Source: Antedon mediterranea
Lineage: Eukaryota > Animalia > Echinodermata
DNA: 64,000 nt
Reading direction: 5' to 3'
Assembly: GCF_964355755.1 (NCBI RefSeq)
Contig: NC_092674.1
Coordinates: forward strand, 8,742,001-8,806,000
The notes under the pieces: generated by a model
The model's database searches: none
What the model saw: only the letters and a program-made list of their open reading frames with translations
Told to the model about the DNA's origin: nothing
Position numbers and translations under genes: made by a program
In this document: one piece after another, positions 38,958 to 51,620 of the stretch
How the letters are laid out: each line of letters begins with the position of its first letter
Position numbering within the stretch: position 1 is the first letter of the stretch

Positions 38958-41172
38958 TAAGGGTATCTCCTAGGGATTGGCCATACAACTAGTAGTTTTG
39001 AAATGTTCCAATGTTTGTTTCAAAGGAAGGGTCCACTTAATTATTATATAGAGTCTCCTTTGAATAGGCCCCATAAATAGGAGTATCCCAATGGATGGGT
39101 TCTACTGTGTACCTTTCAGATTTGTAAAAACGAAGGAATAATTTATTTATATCATTTACTTAAGTATTTTAAAGATTAAAGTGTATAATTAAATGTAGAA
39201 TTAAATTTAATGTAATTTGTTAGATGACATTTATTTTTGTAGAATATGCTACAGACTATCAGTATTTACCTATCTTTCCTCTTTATAGCTCAAAGTCTAG
39301 ACAATATGGGCCAGTAGAATTTCCAATCATATTAACATTTTTTAACATCAAAGATATAGCACCGTACTTTATTTGAGTAGCTTCCTGCGAAAATATTTGT
39401 CCATACATTTTGATGAGTACTGTATATTAGTATGATAATATATTAGAAAAAGGTATTATTTATACCACAACAAGCTGAGCTTTACACATGGGTCCCACAG
39501 ACAAAACAAAGTAGTATAACGTGAATAAACAATTTTTTTAAACAATTTACTTTACAGTATATATTATTTAAAATAAAATAATAATTTAGTCTTCAAATAT
39601 CATAGATAATTATCTGAAATTACAGAATGAATAATTTCAGAACTATCTTAATAAATTGTAATAATTTGTCCCATCTGGAAAACAGATAACCATGAGCCTT
39701 TTAATATTGAACAAATGTTAACCACCTATACTGCACATGTTAAAGATGGATAAAACAATCAGTGGCGTGCCAGTTTAAGAACAGTGCTTATTAGAGAGAG
39801 GCACTTAAATTTAATAATTTATGGTAGAGCGAGTTTGCAACGTATTTCCGTCTTGTATGTTAAATGACTCACTAGCTTTTGTATTAAAATAAATGGAAAG
39901 TGTATAAAATTATTAAATTATTACTTTAGGGTCGTTTGTAGTTTATAACCATGACTAATTTTCAAGGCCACAGAAATGTATTTTTTATGAGGATTATCTA
40001 TTTTTAATATATAAATAACATAAAATTACATTTTGTGGTTAGAATATAAATACATTTGATATGTTATGACATTTTATGTCCATGACTAATTTTCATGTCT
40101 CAAATATATTTATGTGGATTAATCTATTTTTAATATAAAATTATTTTATAAATACATTAAAATATTAAATAACTGTCAAATTTTCAATGAACTCGATTTA
40201 TAACATTTTGTTTTAACCCTCCTGGGAATTTTCCATTTAACATACAGTAGTTTTTGTCTCTCAGATTATTTGTAAGAACCTGTGGGTGGGGGGGGGGGGG
40301 GGGTAGCTTCTTCTTTTAACCGAAATAATATTAGGTTTTCTTGATTGCATTTTTGTGTAGTTCATAATTATTGTTATAGCATGAAGTTCATATGTCGTGA
40401 TATCAATGATCAAATTTACAAGACCAGTTTGTCGAGTTCAGACTATAGTACTAATTTTGTGATTTGTTAAAACCTGGCCAGCAGCAAAGTATCCAATTGA
40501 TGTCTATTTCTATACTGTACTGTACTGTTCATACTGTAATCCAAGTTAAATTCAGGCAGACTCAAACCCATTGTTGCAACCCAAGTATAATCCTACCCCC
40601 TTACTTTTGAGCACAATTTTTTTTTTACCCTGAGAGACCACAGTATTCTATGGTACCTCCTTACACAATCACATTTTACAGACATCATAGCAATACATTG
40701 TCTAAAAGATTAGGTTTTTTGGTCATTTTGTGATTTTAAATTTAAATTATCCGATCAAATCGTGAGGACGTTTAAAATGACAAAATCTGACTCGGATCAA
40801 TCATTTCATGCCATTTACATAGTGTTGAATAATTCTGTAATCGTGAATAAATGAATGCAGTTTTTCATCCTACTACTATGCAACTTGTACATCCTATGTA
40901 TTGTTAAATACGGTATTAAAAAAAGGGTGTGTTCTCAAATATGGTAGTGGTATGCCCACATTTTTTTGAAGTTTGATAGTGTAGACAGAGCTCCATATGA
41001 TTTCGATGAAGTGAAGTTTTTTTTTTATGGGGGAGGAAGAAAGAAGAGGGAAAGGGTAGAGAAGAGAGAGGGGAAGGGTAGAGAAGAGAGAGGGGAAGGG
41101 TAGAGAAGAGATGGATGATGAATGAAGATAAGTCGGTCTTGGGGCAGAATAAACTTTGATAAACAATATCTA

Positions 41173-42207
41173 TGACCGTGTTCGTACGGCGATTGAAATA
41201 CACGTTTATTTGGTTTTTACCCTTGGGGTAAAACCCATACGACGTTCGTACGAATAAACAAAGTACCGGTAAGCTGACACGAAACCAATTAAGATCGGAA
41301 TTCTTAGGTCAAAAAGCGCCCTCTGTGCATCGACCCATATCAATTGACATGGCGTGTTGACAAATTCAACTGGATATTGCATGTCGTTTCGCGCGCGAAT
41401 CGTTCAATTATTATTTTTCAATCGACAACCAGACCTATATATTTATAATACATCGAATACAATTTACTTTTTAAATAAATAATGATCGAAAATCCTGCTA
41501 ACGTATGTTGTTTGTTGACCACGTGTATTTATCGTGCGAGCCGAACTATTGTTTTGGAAATTCCATTTAATGTACACGCACTGTACCCCTCTTGTAAAAA
41601 TCACCACGTGTATTTATCGTGCGAGCCGAACTATTGTTGTGGAAATTCCATTTAATGTACACGCACTGTACCCCTCTTGTAAAAATCACCACGTGTATTC
41701 ATCGTGCGAGCCGAACTATTGTTGTAAAAATTCCATTTAACACGCACTGTACCCCTCTTATCGTGCGAGCCGAACGGTTGATGTGGTAATTCACAGACAC
41801 CAGGCTACCACAATACAGAACTCCCTGCCGTTACATGTACATTATAAGCCACCGATTCGCAAGTTCAGGTCATCGGAAAAAAACCAACGAGTTGATTATT
41901 TATATATAATTTTACAAAACAATAGATATACATTCGCATTAACGAAAAAGAACATTTTAAACAATAATTGTTAAACAATCAGAAAGCTTATTTGAGGTCG
42001 CGATTTGACATGATCCCGTTAACGCTTGATTAATTATACCCCGAGGCAGCGTGTAATTGGAATGGGATTGAAATAACCAGTAAAGTTGGTGGATTTTTCG
42101 TCCAGATGGTTTTCTAATTTTTTATAGCCAGAGGCGTAAGTTAATTGCCACACGCGACCTCACAGTTGGAAGTACACGGTAGTTTCAGTCCCGTCCGAAC
42201 GGGCCCT
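41173..42207. mobile_element. Possible degraded TIR element, CpG-richer than its flanks
   Basis: GTTCGTACGGCGATTGAAA (~41180) is imperfectly mirrored by TTTCAGTCCCGTCCGAAC (~42183-42200). Confidence 0.35.
41519..41776. repeat. 85-bp tandem repeat, 3 copies
   Basis: ccacgtgtatttatcgtgcgagccgaactattg...tgtacccctcttgtaaaaatca at 41519, 41604 and 41689. Confidence 0.92.
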
Positions 42208-42988
42208 ATGTTTACTGCTGGAGAATCCTTCCCTGAAAAAGTATCCATTTTTGCACCTTTCTGAGAGTCGATGTTTGTTAGTTATTTACCTAGGTAAGTT
42301 GGTTTCTTTCTAACCAAACTCTGCCCATGAAACAAACTTACCCAGGTATATCTATCTGAACACGCACTATGCCTAAAGCCTTGTTAACAAATGACTTTAA
42401 AAATGGTAACTTTAACTATAAAGTAGCCATTGATATGATTTTATTTCTTCATGAAATCTTTGGCCAGAGATACAGTGACTCATTTTTATTTGAAGTGTTA
42501 ATATCTAATGGTCCTTTTTATCTGCTCATCATCCTCATAATTACAATATCTTATGTCTATTTTAACTTTATATTTAAATGCCATCTGTCCCCTCTTTCAC
42601 ATTTCTTTTGTTTGATTGACCTTTAGGCTAGTGTCCAGTTAAGGTCAACAGGAATCTTCCTGGTACAAATTATTCACAGGGATTTATTATTGGTTTTTTT
42701 AAGATATTTCTCAACTATTACGAATTAAGAGACATTTGCTATTATTCCCAACTATTAGTATTACTGTATTATGAAAAATTATTACTGCAAATTCAAACAA
42801 TTTAAGCGAGTTTTATATAAATTATATAAAATTTTATATACAGTATATATAATAATATAAATCATATGAAAGCCTGTACTTTTGTTGCTGTAGGTTTTAT
42901 GATTTTCTATCAAAATGTTTGTGTTAATAATGATAATAAAAATTGGTATTACAATTTCTACATATTTTGGAATTGAGTGTTACTTCAA

Positions 42989-43346
42989 TGCAAGTTGCGA
43001 GTTGCGAGTCGGAAAGTGCGAGTTGCGAGTCGGAAAGTGCGAGTTGCGAGTCGGAAAGTGCGAGTTGCGAGTCGGAAAGTGCGAGTTGCGAGTCGGAAAG
43101 TGCGAGTTGCGAGTCGGAAAGTGCGAGTTGCGAGTCGGAAAGTGCGAGTTGCGAGTCGGAAAGTGCGAGTTGCGAGTCGGAAAGTGCGAGTTGCGAGTCG
43201 GAAAGTGCGAGTTGCGAGTCGGAAAACGCGAGTTGCGAGTCGGAAAACGCGAGTTGCGGGTCGGAAAACGCGAGTTGCGGGTCGGAAAACGCGAGTTGCG
43301 GGTCGGAAAACGCGAGTTGCGGGTCGGAAAACGCGAGTTGCGGGTC
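42989..43346 (+). repeat. 21-bp minisatellite, about 17 copies
   Basis: Unit TGCGAGTTGCG(A/G)GTCGGAAA(G/A). Confidence 0.97.
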
Positions 43347-43824
43347 AAATACACCAGTCCTACCTAAACAAAATAGAGTGGGTTGTATTGTGGATGTTAG
43401 AAACAAATTGCCTGAGCATGTGATATGAAACAATTAATCATTATATTTGATCTGCATTTTTGCTTGCATATGTGCGACCAGTGCGACATGATACAACCCA
43501 CCCAGGTGTGTAGACTCTGTACATAGTGTAGGATGATCACCAAAATTAACCTATTGTGGCATATATGACAATGGCAAGAAATTTAATTATTTTCTTAACA
43601 CTGCTTACAATATTTTTTTATTATTCACTTTAGCATTATTTGTTTCTGAATGCTCAACTTGTTTATGTTTTAGTTAAGTCAGTGCTTACTACAGTTCTAG
43701 GCTAAGCACTGGAGGTAGGCCTAGATTAGATTCACTTGGTGAAGAAACACTGTTTCTCAGGCAAAAACTCCACGAGATGAGTATAGGCCAAGAGCCCGTA
43801 ACATATGATTTAACCCCATACAAC

Positions 43825-44034
43825 CCCTTTTCGTATATTTAGGTCTCCCTTTTCGTATATTTGGGTCTCCCTTTTCGTATATTTGGGTCTCCCTTTTCGT
43901 ATAGTGGTTTCTCCCTTTTCGTATAGTGGGGTCTCCATTTTCGTATAGTGGAGTCTCCCTTTTCGTATAGTGGGGTCTCCCTTTTCGTATAGGGTCTCTG
44001 GTCTCTGGTCTCGGGTCTAGTTTCGAAACAGCCG
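43825..44034. repeat. 22-23-bp minisatellite followed by (GGTCTCT)n, possibly a transposon subterminal array
   Basis: (gggtctcccttttcgtatagtg) x~8, then ggtctctggtctctggtctcgggtctagtttcgaaacagccg. Confidence 0.85.
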
Positions 44035-44543
44035 TGTTTTGACATGCTTAAAGTGTTTAGTGCAGTCCACTACCTGTATCTGTATTCTGAATGTTCTGAA
44101 CACTATTCTTCTGGATTTCCTCTGGTAGAAGAGAGATAAAGTGATGATAGTGATAACCGGAATTTGTACATGGATGGACGGAAGCTTTTTAAGGGTGCAG
44201 GGTAAAGTGTGCATATAAGGAGGTACTGGCATGCATTTAAGGTAGCGAGGTATCAAAATAATCTACTTTGATTTAAAATTTACTACATTTGAAGGAGTTG
44301 GTGTTGGTTGGGAGGACTCTCTTAGGTCCATTGTAAAACAATCTCAAGTAATTTAAAATGGAATATAATACCTTTTGATTTATTATTGTTTGCAGATGAG
44401 TGACCAGTTTATCTCTTACTTTTATCTTCTTTTATCTATGTGATTGCCATTGATTTAATTTAACTTGTTTTTAGTACAAAAAACAAATAATAACTACTAA
44501 TGCAAACATGCCAGTATCTCCTTATGTGCCACCTTAATACCAC

Positions 44544-44574
<31 letters not shown>

Positions 44575-44779
44575 ACATATATATAAACAGAGTGAGAATT
44601 TTCAAATATGTATATTTTTTCATTTATTTCATCAGACAAAAACAAAACAAAGTAAAGAGTTCAAAATCCAAAAGATTAAAATCGAAATGAACACTCAAGT
44701 GGCTCACCAAAATGTTAAAAGAGAAGGGTTATCCAATTGTAACTGATAAATATATAACATTTATGTTTTTAAATCAAGC

Positions 44780-45243
44780 ATTTGTTTTGTAACTGGCAGA
44801 TTTGTTTTGTAACTGGCAGATTTGTCTTTAACTCGCAGATTTTTTTTTAACTCGCAGATTTTTTTTTTAACTCGCAAATTTTTTTTAACTCGCAGATTTT
44901 ATTTTAACTCGCAGATTTTTTTTTAACTCGCAAATTTTTTTTTAACTCGCAAATTTTTTTTAACTCGCAGATTTTTTTTTAACTCGCAGATTTTTTTTAA
45001 CTCGCAGATTTTTTTTAACTCGCAGATTTTTTTTTAACTCGCAGATTTTTTTTAACTCGCAGATTTTTTTTTTAACTCGCAGATTTTTTTTTAACTCGCA
45101 GATTTTTTTTTGACTCGCAGATTTTTTTTTGACTCGCAGATTTTTTTTTAACTCGCAGATTTTTTTTTAACTCGCAGATTTTTTTTAACTCGCAGATTTT
45201 TTTTTAACTCGCAGATTTTTTTTAACTCGCAGATTTTTTTTTA
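44780..45243. repeat. ~19-20-bp minisatellite AACTCGCAGA(T)n
   Basis: More than 20 units with a variable poly-T tract. Shares the AACTCGCA core with the 21-bp arrays. Confidence 0.95.
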
Positions 45244-46991
45244 ATACTGGCATTTAGAGGTAATGTTGTATCAAATAATCTGATTTAAAATTTACTACAT
45301 TTGAACCATCTCAGGGATGTATGGTATGTGGATCTTGGTTGGGAGGAGGAGCTGAGGTGGGGTTGGTGGTAGGTTTAAAAGATAATGAATTCTTCATCAT
45401 GGTCTCCATGAAGCAATTAACTCACACCCTGGGGCAGGTATCTTTTACTAAAACAATTAATGACTGCTTTGATAAAGGTCCACATTGTAGATTTGTGTCT
45501 GCTACCTACTAATAAATATAAGAAGCCTGACAGTTTAGCCCACCACATGATCTTTAATGCATTTTTACTTTTAGACTTTACTTTTAACTTTATTATTTAC
45601 ACAATCATTTTCATATAATTGTTAACATATTATTACTTGTATAAGTCAGCACTACACTATGCAGACTTTTGTACTAGGTACTCCCAAAGGGCCCATTATG
45701 TTATGACATTTACCTGTCATGGACACTTGTTGTGTACTATACCAAATAAGGGATTGTGACTTAAAGTTGGTATGATGTCATCTATAATTTCTTCTTAAAG
45801 ATGATGATGTCATTTAAGTTTCATCTAAAAACTAACTATTCTCATCTCTAAGTTATGCGATGAAGTCATAATTGACACCCCCATATATCAATAAGATATA
45901 AATAAGGGTACAATCTCCTCATTTAATCAGTCAGTTTAACCAATTCATAAGCAAGCAACACTGTGTTGATTCCAGTACTTTCTAATGTATTCTGTGTATT
46001 CATTTATTTGAGGATCAAGTGTTTTTTTATATGCGACTCTACTGCATCTTTTCACTTGCAATACAAAATGTACAGTTTAATTTTACATTCTTAGTGTGTA
46101 TATTTTTTTTTTTTTTTTTTTTTTTTTATTTCATCATATAATACATTACAAAGGAAAAACATAATCAAATAAAAAATTAAAATTAAAAAGTGTTGTATAT
46201 TTGATCATCGCGTTGAACAACAACTAAAATACAACTTCATTTCACCTACTGTATCACATATTTCATCAAACAATACTGTATATAAGTAATAATAATTTCT
46301 TCTCCTATGTAATTGTGGGCGCAGATCAATGATTATTGTCACCTAAATTCAACAATTCAATTCAAGTAAATTTGAATTATCTTAGTTATAAGTTATATTT
46401 TCTCTAAAAACAAACCAGTGATTTCAGTATTTAAATCTGTACCCTGCTAAAGTTACTTTAAATACACATAGTACATTTGACAGATGCCTACTGTACTGTA
46501 CGTGTACATACTAAAGCATGTATTTGTGTTTATTCCGCATGTTGTTGTTGACAATCCGATATCTAAGTCAGAGAAAATTATTTGTAGAAAACAATATTCC
46601 ATCTTCTTATGAATTTTTTAGGTTGACAATTTACAGTCTTCTTTCCAAAATTATGAAAAGCAAACAAAATGTAGATTATGAATATATGGTTAGATTCCAG
46701 AATGTATTTTAATTGGAGAGATGCACTATAAGTATATTTCAATAGATACATTAATTGGTCCTCTCCATGATTTGCTGATGGGTGTTACACATAATAAACT
46801 GTGTATTTCTTCTCTTTTTTTTTGTATTCATATGTATTTATATGTATCTATGGACAGTTTGTCTGAAAATGTTTAACAAAAAAATATTATAAACATAAAG
46901 AATTGACTATGATTCTAAGAAAATAATATAGCTTTGAAAATTTGACCATTATCTGTAGGTATGGTATGTGTTTCCTTGCCTTGTTTATGGG

Positions 46992-47297
46992 ACCGAAGTT
47001 AAGCAACGCTGGGCCCGGTTGCGTTCTGGATGGGAGACCGTCTAGAAATCGTGGCGGGTGCTGTATATACTGGAGAGTGATGGTGTAATGGTAATATCGG
47101 ACTAGCATGTGATAGGCATGGGTTCGAGGTTATCTGTACCATACTAATTGCATCCTTAGGCAAGATGCTTTACTCTCATTGCCTAATCTGGTAGGCGCTG
47201 CACTGCTGGCTGCCGTGGGTCCGTGGAGGGCCTAATCCGAATTTCCTCACTGAGGACAAATATTAATACAAAATACAAAAATACAAATAAATACAAA
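46992..47297 (+). mobile_element. Chimeric SINE: 5S rRNA-derived head, tRNA-derived segment, CORE-like domain and (ATACAA)n tail
   Basis: GAAGTTAAGCAACGCTGGGCCCGGTT...TGGATGGGAGACCG...GGGTGCTGTA corresponds to the 3' part of 5S. TGGTGTAATGGTA and GGTTCGAG are tRNA A and B boxes. TCCTTAGGCAAGATGCTTTACTCTCATTGCCT is CORE-like. A-rich repeat tail. Confidence 0.75.
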
Positions 47298-47784
47298 GTA
47301 GTACTAATGACTCCAACCATCATGTCTGTTTTTAATCATCATTAATCATCTTACCTAAATACTGTAAACAATACAAACTGTACTTTTTAATGTGAGTTTT
47401 TCTTACCAATTTATTATTATTTTCTCATTTAACAAGGCAAAAATACATGTACATAATTTATTGTATCATTATTAGTAATTGTATCATTATCAGTAATTGC
47501 AAACAAATTAAATAATAACTTTAATCTACTATATTTACAATTATATTATTTCAAAATATAAAGTATCAATAACATAATTGTTTTGTGTTGAAATACAAAA
47601 TAAGTTCATTTCAACCATTTTTAAACATCCATGTTAAAAAAGGAATCACTAGTCTATAATTGTTAAACAGGTCACAATATGAAAAAAACTAAACAAAATT
47701 TAAATTGTAATTTATTTACTGATTGTTTGGTTCATGTATTATTTTTTTGGATGGTACGACCTCCTTGAAAAATTATTTTTGCAA

Positions 47785-48462
47785 TTTCCGACCCGCAACT
47801 CGCTTTTTCCGACCAGCAACTCGCATTTTCCGACCCGCAACTCGCATTTTCCGACCAGCAACTCGCATTTTCCGACCCGCAACTCGCATTTTCCGACCCG
47901 CAACTCGCATTTTCCGACCCGCAACTCGCATTTTCCGACCCGCAACTCGCATTTTCCGACCCGCAACTCGCATTTTCCGACCCGCAACTCGCATTTTCCG
48001 ACCCGCAACTCGCATTTTCCGACCCGCAACTCGCATTTTCCGACCCGCAACTCGCATTTTCCGACCCGCAACTCGCATTTTCCGACCCGCAACTCGCATT
48101 TTCCGACCCGCAACTCGCACTTTCCAACTCGCAACTCGCATTTTCCGACTCGCAACTCGCATTTTCCGACCCGTAACTCGCATTTTCCGACCCGTAACTC
48201 GCATTTTCCGACCCGTAACTCGCACTTTCCGACCCGTAACTCGCATTTTCCAACCCGCAACTCGCACTTTCCGACTCGCAACTCGCATTTTCCGACTCGC
48301 AACTCGCATTTTCCGACCCGCAACTCGCATTTTCCGACCCGTAACTCGCACTTTCCGACCCGCAACTCGCATTTTCCAACTCGCAACTCGCATTTTCCAA
48401 CTCGCAACTCGCATTTTCCAACTCGCAACTCGCATTTTCCAACTCGCAACTCGCAACTCGCA
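47785..48462 (-). repeat. 21-bp minisatellite, about 32 copies, reverse complement of the 42989 array
   Basis: Unit on the + strand ACTCGCATTTTCCGACCCGCA. Confidence 0.97.
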
Positions 48463-50839
48463 GAAAAGAAACCCTCGAATTAAGCCAAGTTGTTAAATTA
48501 TTGTATGTATAATTTAAATAATTCATATGAAATCTTGTACTTTTGTTGCTGTAGGTTTTTTGCGATTGTGTATTACATAAAGTTCATTGATAATTCTCGT
48601 ACTGTAACCTTTGTACAGATTTATTTTATATTGCTTTTAGTGAAAAGCGACTACACAACTGTCAAGTTCGAAAATCATTTTGCACATGCTCAGAAGCATG
48701 TCCAGAATGACTGACACGGCACGTAAAGAACTGCTAAAATTAATTTAATAGCAAGTTAAGAACTCTGATACAGACCCGATCAGAATGGGTTTGTTATTGT
48801 TTTTATGCTTACGTTGCAATTTTGTTTTTGACTCATTGTGTTATTTATAGGTTGTGCATTGATTGTCAATTTTACTTCTATCTAACTGCATTTTTTTAAT
48901 AGTTAAATTGTTATTAGTATATTTCATACCATTACCATGGCTTGATAACTACTGGTAGTGGCCCAGCGTACAATGTCTAGACTAGTAAACGCCAATATTA
49001 GTAAGCCAATCTGGACAAGTCAATTTGTGAAGCCAATTTCTAGACAAGCCAATATTAGCGTCTTATCATATCTTGTGCCTGATGTGCATGTGAAATATTA
49101 GTACCCTACCAGTCTCTGCCACCACCACCAGGCTTTAATTAAACTAGTTTTTTAATGTTTAGGCTTGGAAAATGACGTAGGCTTGGAAAATGGCGTGGGC
49201 TAGTAAAACTGCTAGATAGTCCAAAGGGGAAATAAGATTTATCAAGTCCTGTGTGACATTGTTATTCCACACACCTTAACCACACATTTCTGGGAGTGTA
49301 TTAAACAGTCATTGATTGATCTTCAATGGAAGGAATGGAATCCTGTGTTTAGGATGTGGTAAGAGAAAGCCTATTAAACACCTGTCTTGTGACCTTAGGT
49401 CTATCTGCTTTTTACCTGTTGTGTGATTTATCATTAAGCTATTCCCAGTAAACTTCCATGCATTCAAGAACAGATAAGATATCCTCAAGATAGGGAACAT
49501 CTGAGAAGTCTTCAATATGAACTGAAATGGTCATCTTTAAATATGTGTGGATTACTTCTTTTTTTCTATTTGAACAATTAGAGAATAAGTTGGTCCCTAT
49601 TTTTAAAATTGTCAGTATTATTAAATACATTATCATAAATTGTGCATTTGAGTGAAATAAACCCATTTTTCGAATATTATCATAAACCTTAATAAAACAT
49701 AATAAAGATAACAAATACATTAAAGAATGTCTACAGTATTTGGTGCAATAAATTAAATTAAATCATTATTTTATTGATTTTAGTTACGGTATTATAATGT
49801 TTCATTGATTTCAACTTTATAGAGGGTAACCCTTCCAGCTGGACAAAATATAGCAAGTTTATATTCAGGGGACCTCTTATAAATTTTGAAAAATACACAG
49901 TAGAGTAAAATATGTGCATGCTAAAAAAAATTACATTAAAATAAAAAATGAATTAAATACAATAGGTAAACATTTATTATTGTTATTATTAATATATTTA
50001 ATAGAAAATAGTTAAGATATGTTTATACTAAAAATGATTGAAAGGTTTAGAAAAAAATTGAAGTCCAACATTAAATTAAAAATAATAACATACCCATTCT
50101 AGATGGACTTGACCAATGAGGAGGGCTTAACATGACTCATTACAGAAGGGAAATCCCCAACTTACTACTAGTCACATGACCGAACTCAGACCTGTGTGAC
50201 TCATTAGGTGTCCGAGACATCCCTACATTAGACCAGTTAAACTTTGTACGAGTCTGTATTTTTGTTTTGCAATGATAAGACAAGGTTTCAGTCAACTGAC
50301 GCATATGTTTTGAAAGTGAGAACGCCTGGCGTATTAACGGCAAGAATGCTTAATGTATGTTGTATAATAACACGTCATACTCTCCTTTTTTTAATGTGAC
50401 GTTGACGTGAACGATTCATACAAATGCTATTTCAGTTCATACATATAATTTTAATTTATGTGACATGAGTTTAAATTGGAATTGATTCTGTAAATATTGC
50501 ATTCCTGCCCATAGCTTTTTTCTATTAAATCTTTAATTGTTATAAGGATGCACTATTATTATGTGTGCCGCTGTTCAAAAAGCGTTTTCCGAATAAATTA
50601 TTATTATTATTATATATAATCATTACTACAGTACGCTACACTAATTAAAATTAATAATAATAATATTGTCTATATTTTAATCAAAATATCCAATATAACC
50701 AGACACTACATATTGAAAGTAGACACGCCCTATTTCATAAATAGCCTACATCTAACGTGCTATATTATTATTATTATTAGTCAGTGTCTCAATCAAGATA
50801 TTTGATGTTAATTAGTTTTTAGTTATTTGATGAACAACA

Positions 50840-51620
50840 CAGTGATATTACAAACAACATAATACTAATAGTCAATGTATACAGAACAAAAGAAATTTGA
50901 ATGCCACTCCCAGATTTATGATAATCATCAAACATACTGTAGTGTAGTAGGTGCAGCAGGAAAATTGAGCCACTCCCATAATGTGATATTACAATCAACA
51001 TAATAGCCAATGTATACAGAACAAAAGAAATTTGATTGCCATTCCCAGATTTATGATAATCATCAAAATGTAGTGTAGTAGGTGCAGCAGGAAAATAGAG
51101 CCACTCCCATAATGTGATATTACAATCAACATAATAGCCAATGTATACAGAACAAAAGAAATTTGAATGCCACTCCCAGATTTATGATAAACATCAAACT
51201 GTAGTGTAGTAGGTGCAGCAGGGATTTAGAGCCACACCCATAATGTTTTAATAGTAAACATCAACATAATATGTGTAACAAAAGTAAGAGAATCACTCCC
51301 ATATTTATGGACATCATCAAACATAGTGTATATGCAGCATAGATTTAGAGTCACACCCATATTTATACTAAACATCAAACATAGTGTGTGCAGCATAGGT
51401 TTAGAGCCACACTTACCACAAATGGGAAGTATATACATAATATGTGTATCAAAATAAAAAAGGCCACTCCCATATTTATGGACATCAAACATGTACTGTA
51501 TGTGCAGCATAGATTTAGAGCCACACCCATAATGTGATGGTAAACATCAACATAATATGTTTAAAGCCACTCCCATATTTAGATATCAAAATAATGTATG
51601 TTCAGCAAATATTTATAGAT
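50840..51620. repeat. Degenerate ~130-bp tandem repeat built from ~60-70-bp subunits
   Basis: gtgatattacaatcaacataatagccaatgtatacagaacaaaagaaatttg...gccactccca recurs at ~50842, 50984 and 51114, then decays. Confidence 0.85.

Noticed and set aside
46992-47066. 5S rRNA gene
   Set aside because: The 5' ~45 nt and the T-run terminator are missing, and the sequence is diverged and fused to a SINE body.
42915-48526. Many 120-260-aa ORFs in nearly all frames
   Set aside because: They come from the stop-free 21-bp repeat unit. There is no splice or start context.
49309-50343. Short minus-strand ORFs with coding-like composition
   Set aside because: No recognisable domain, interrupted by stops. 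At most a decayed repeat.
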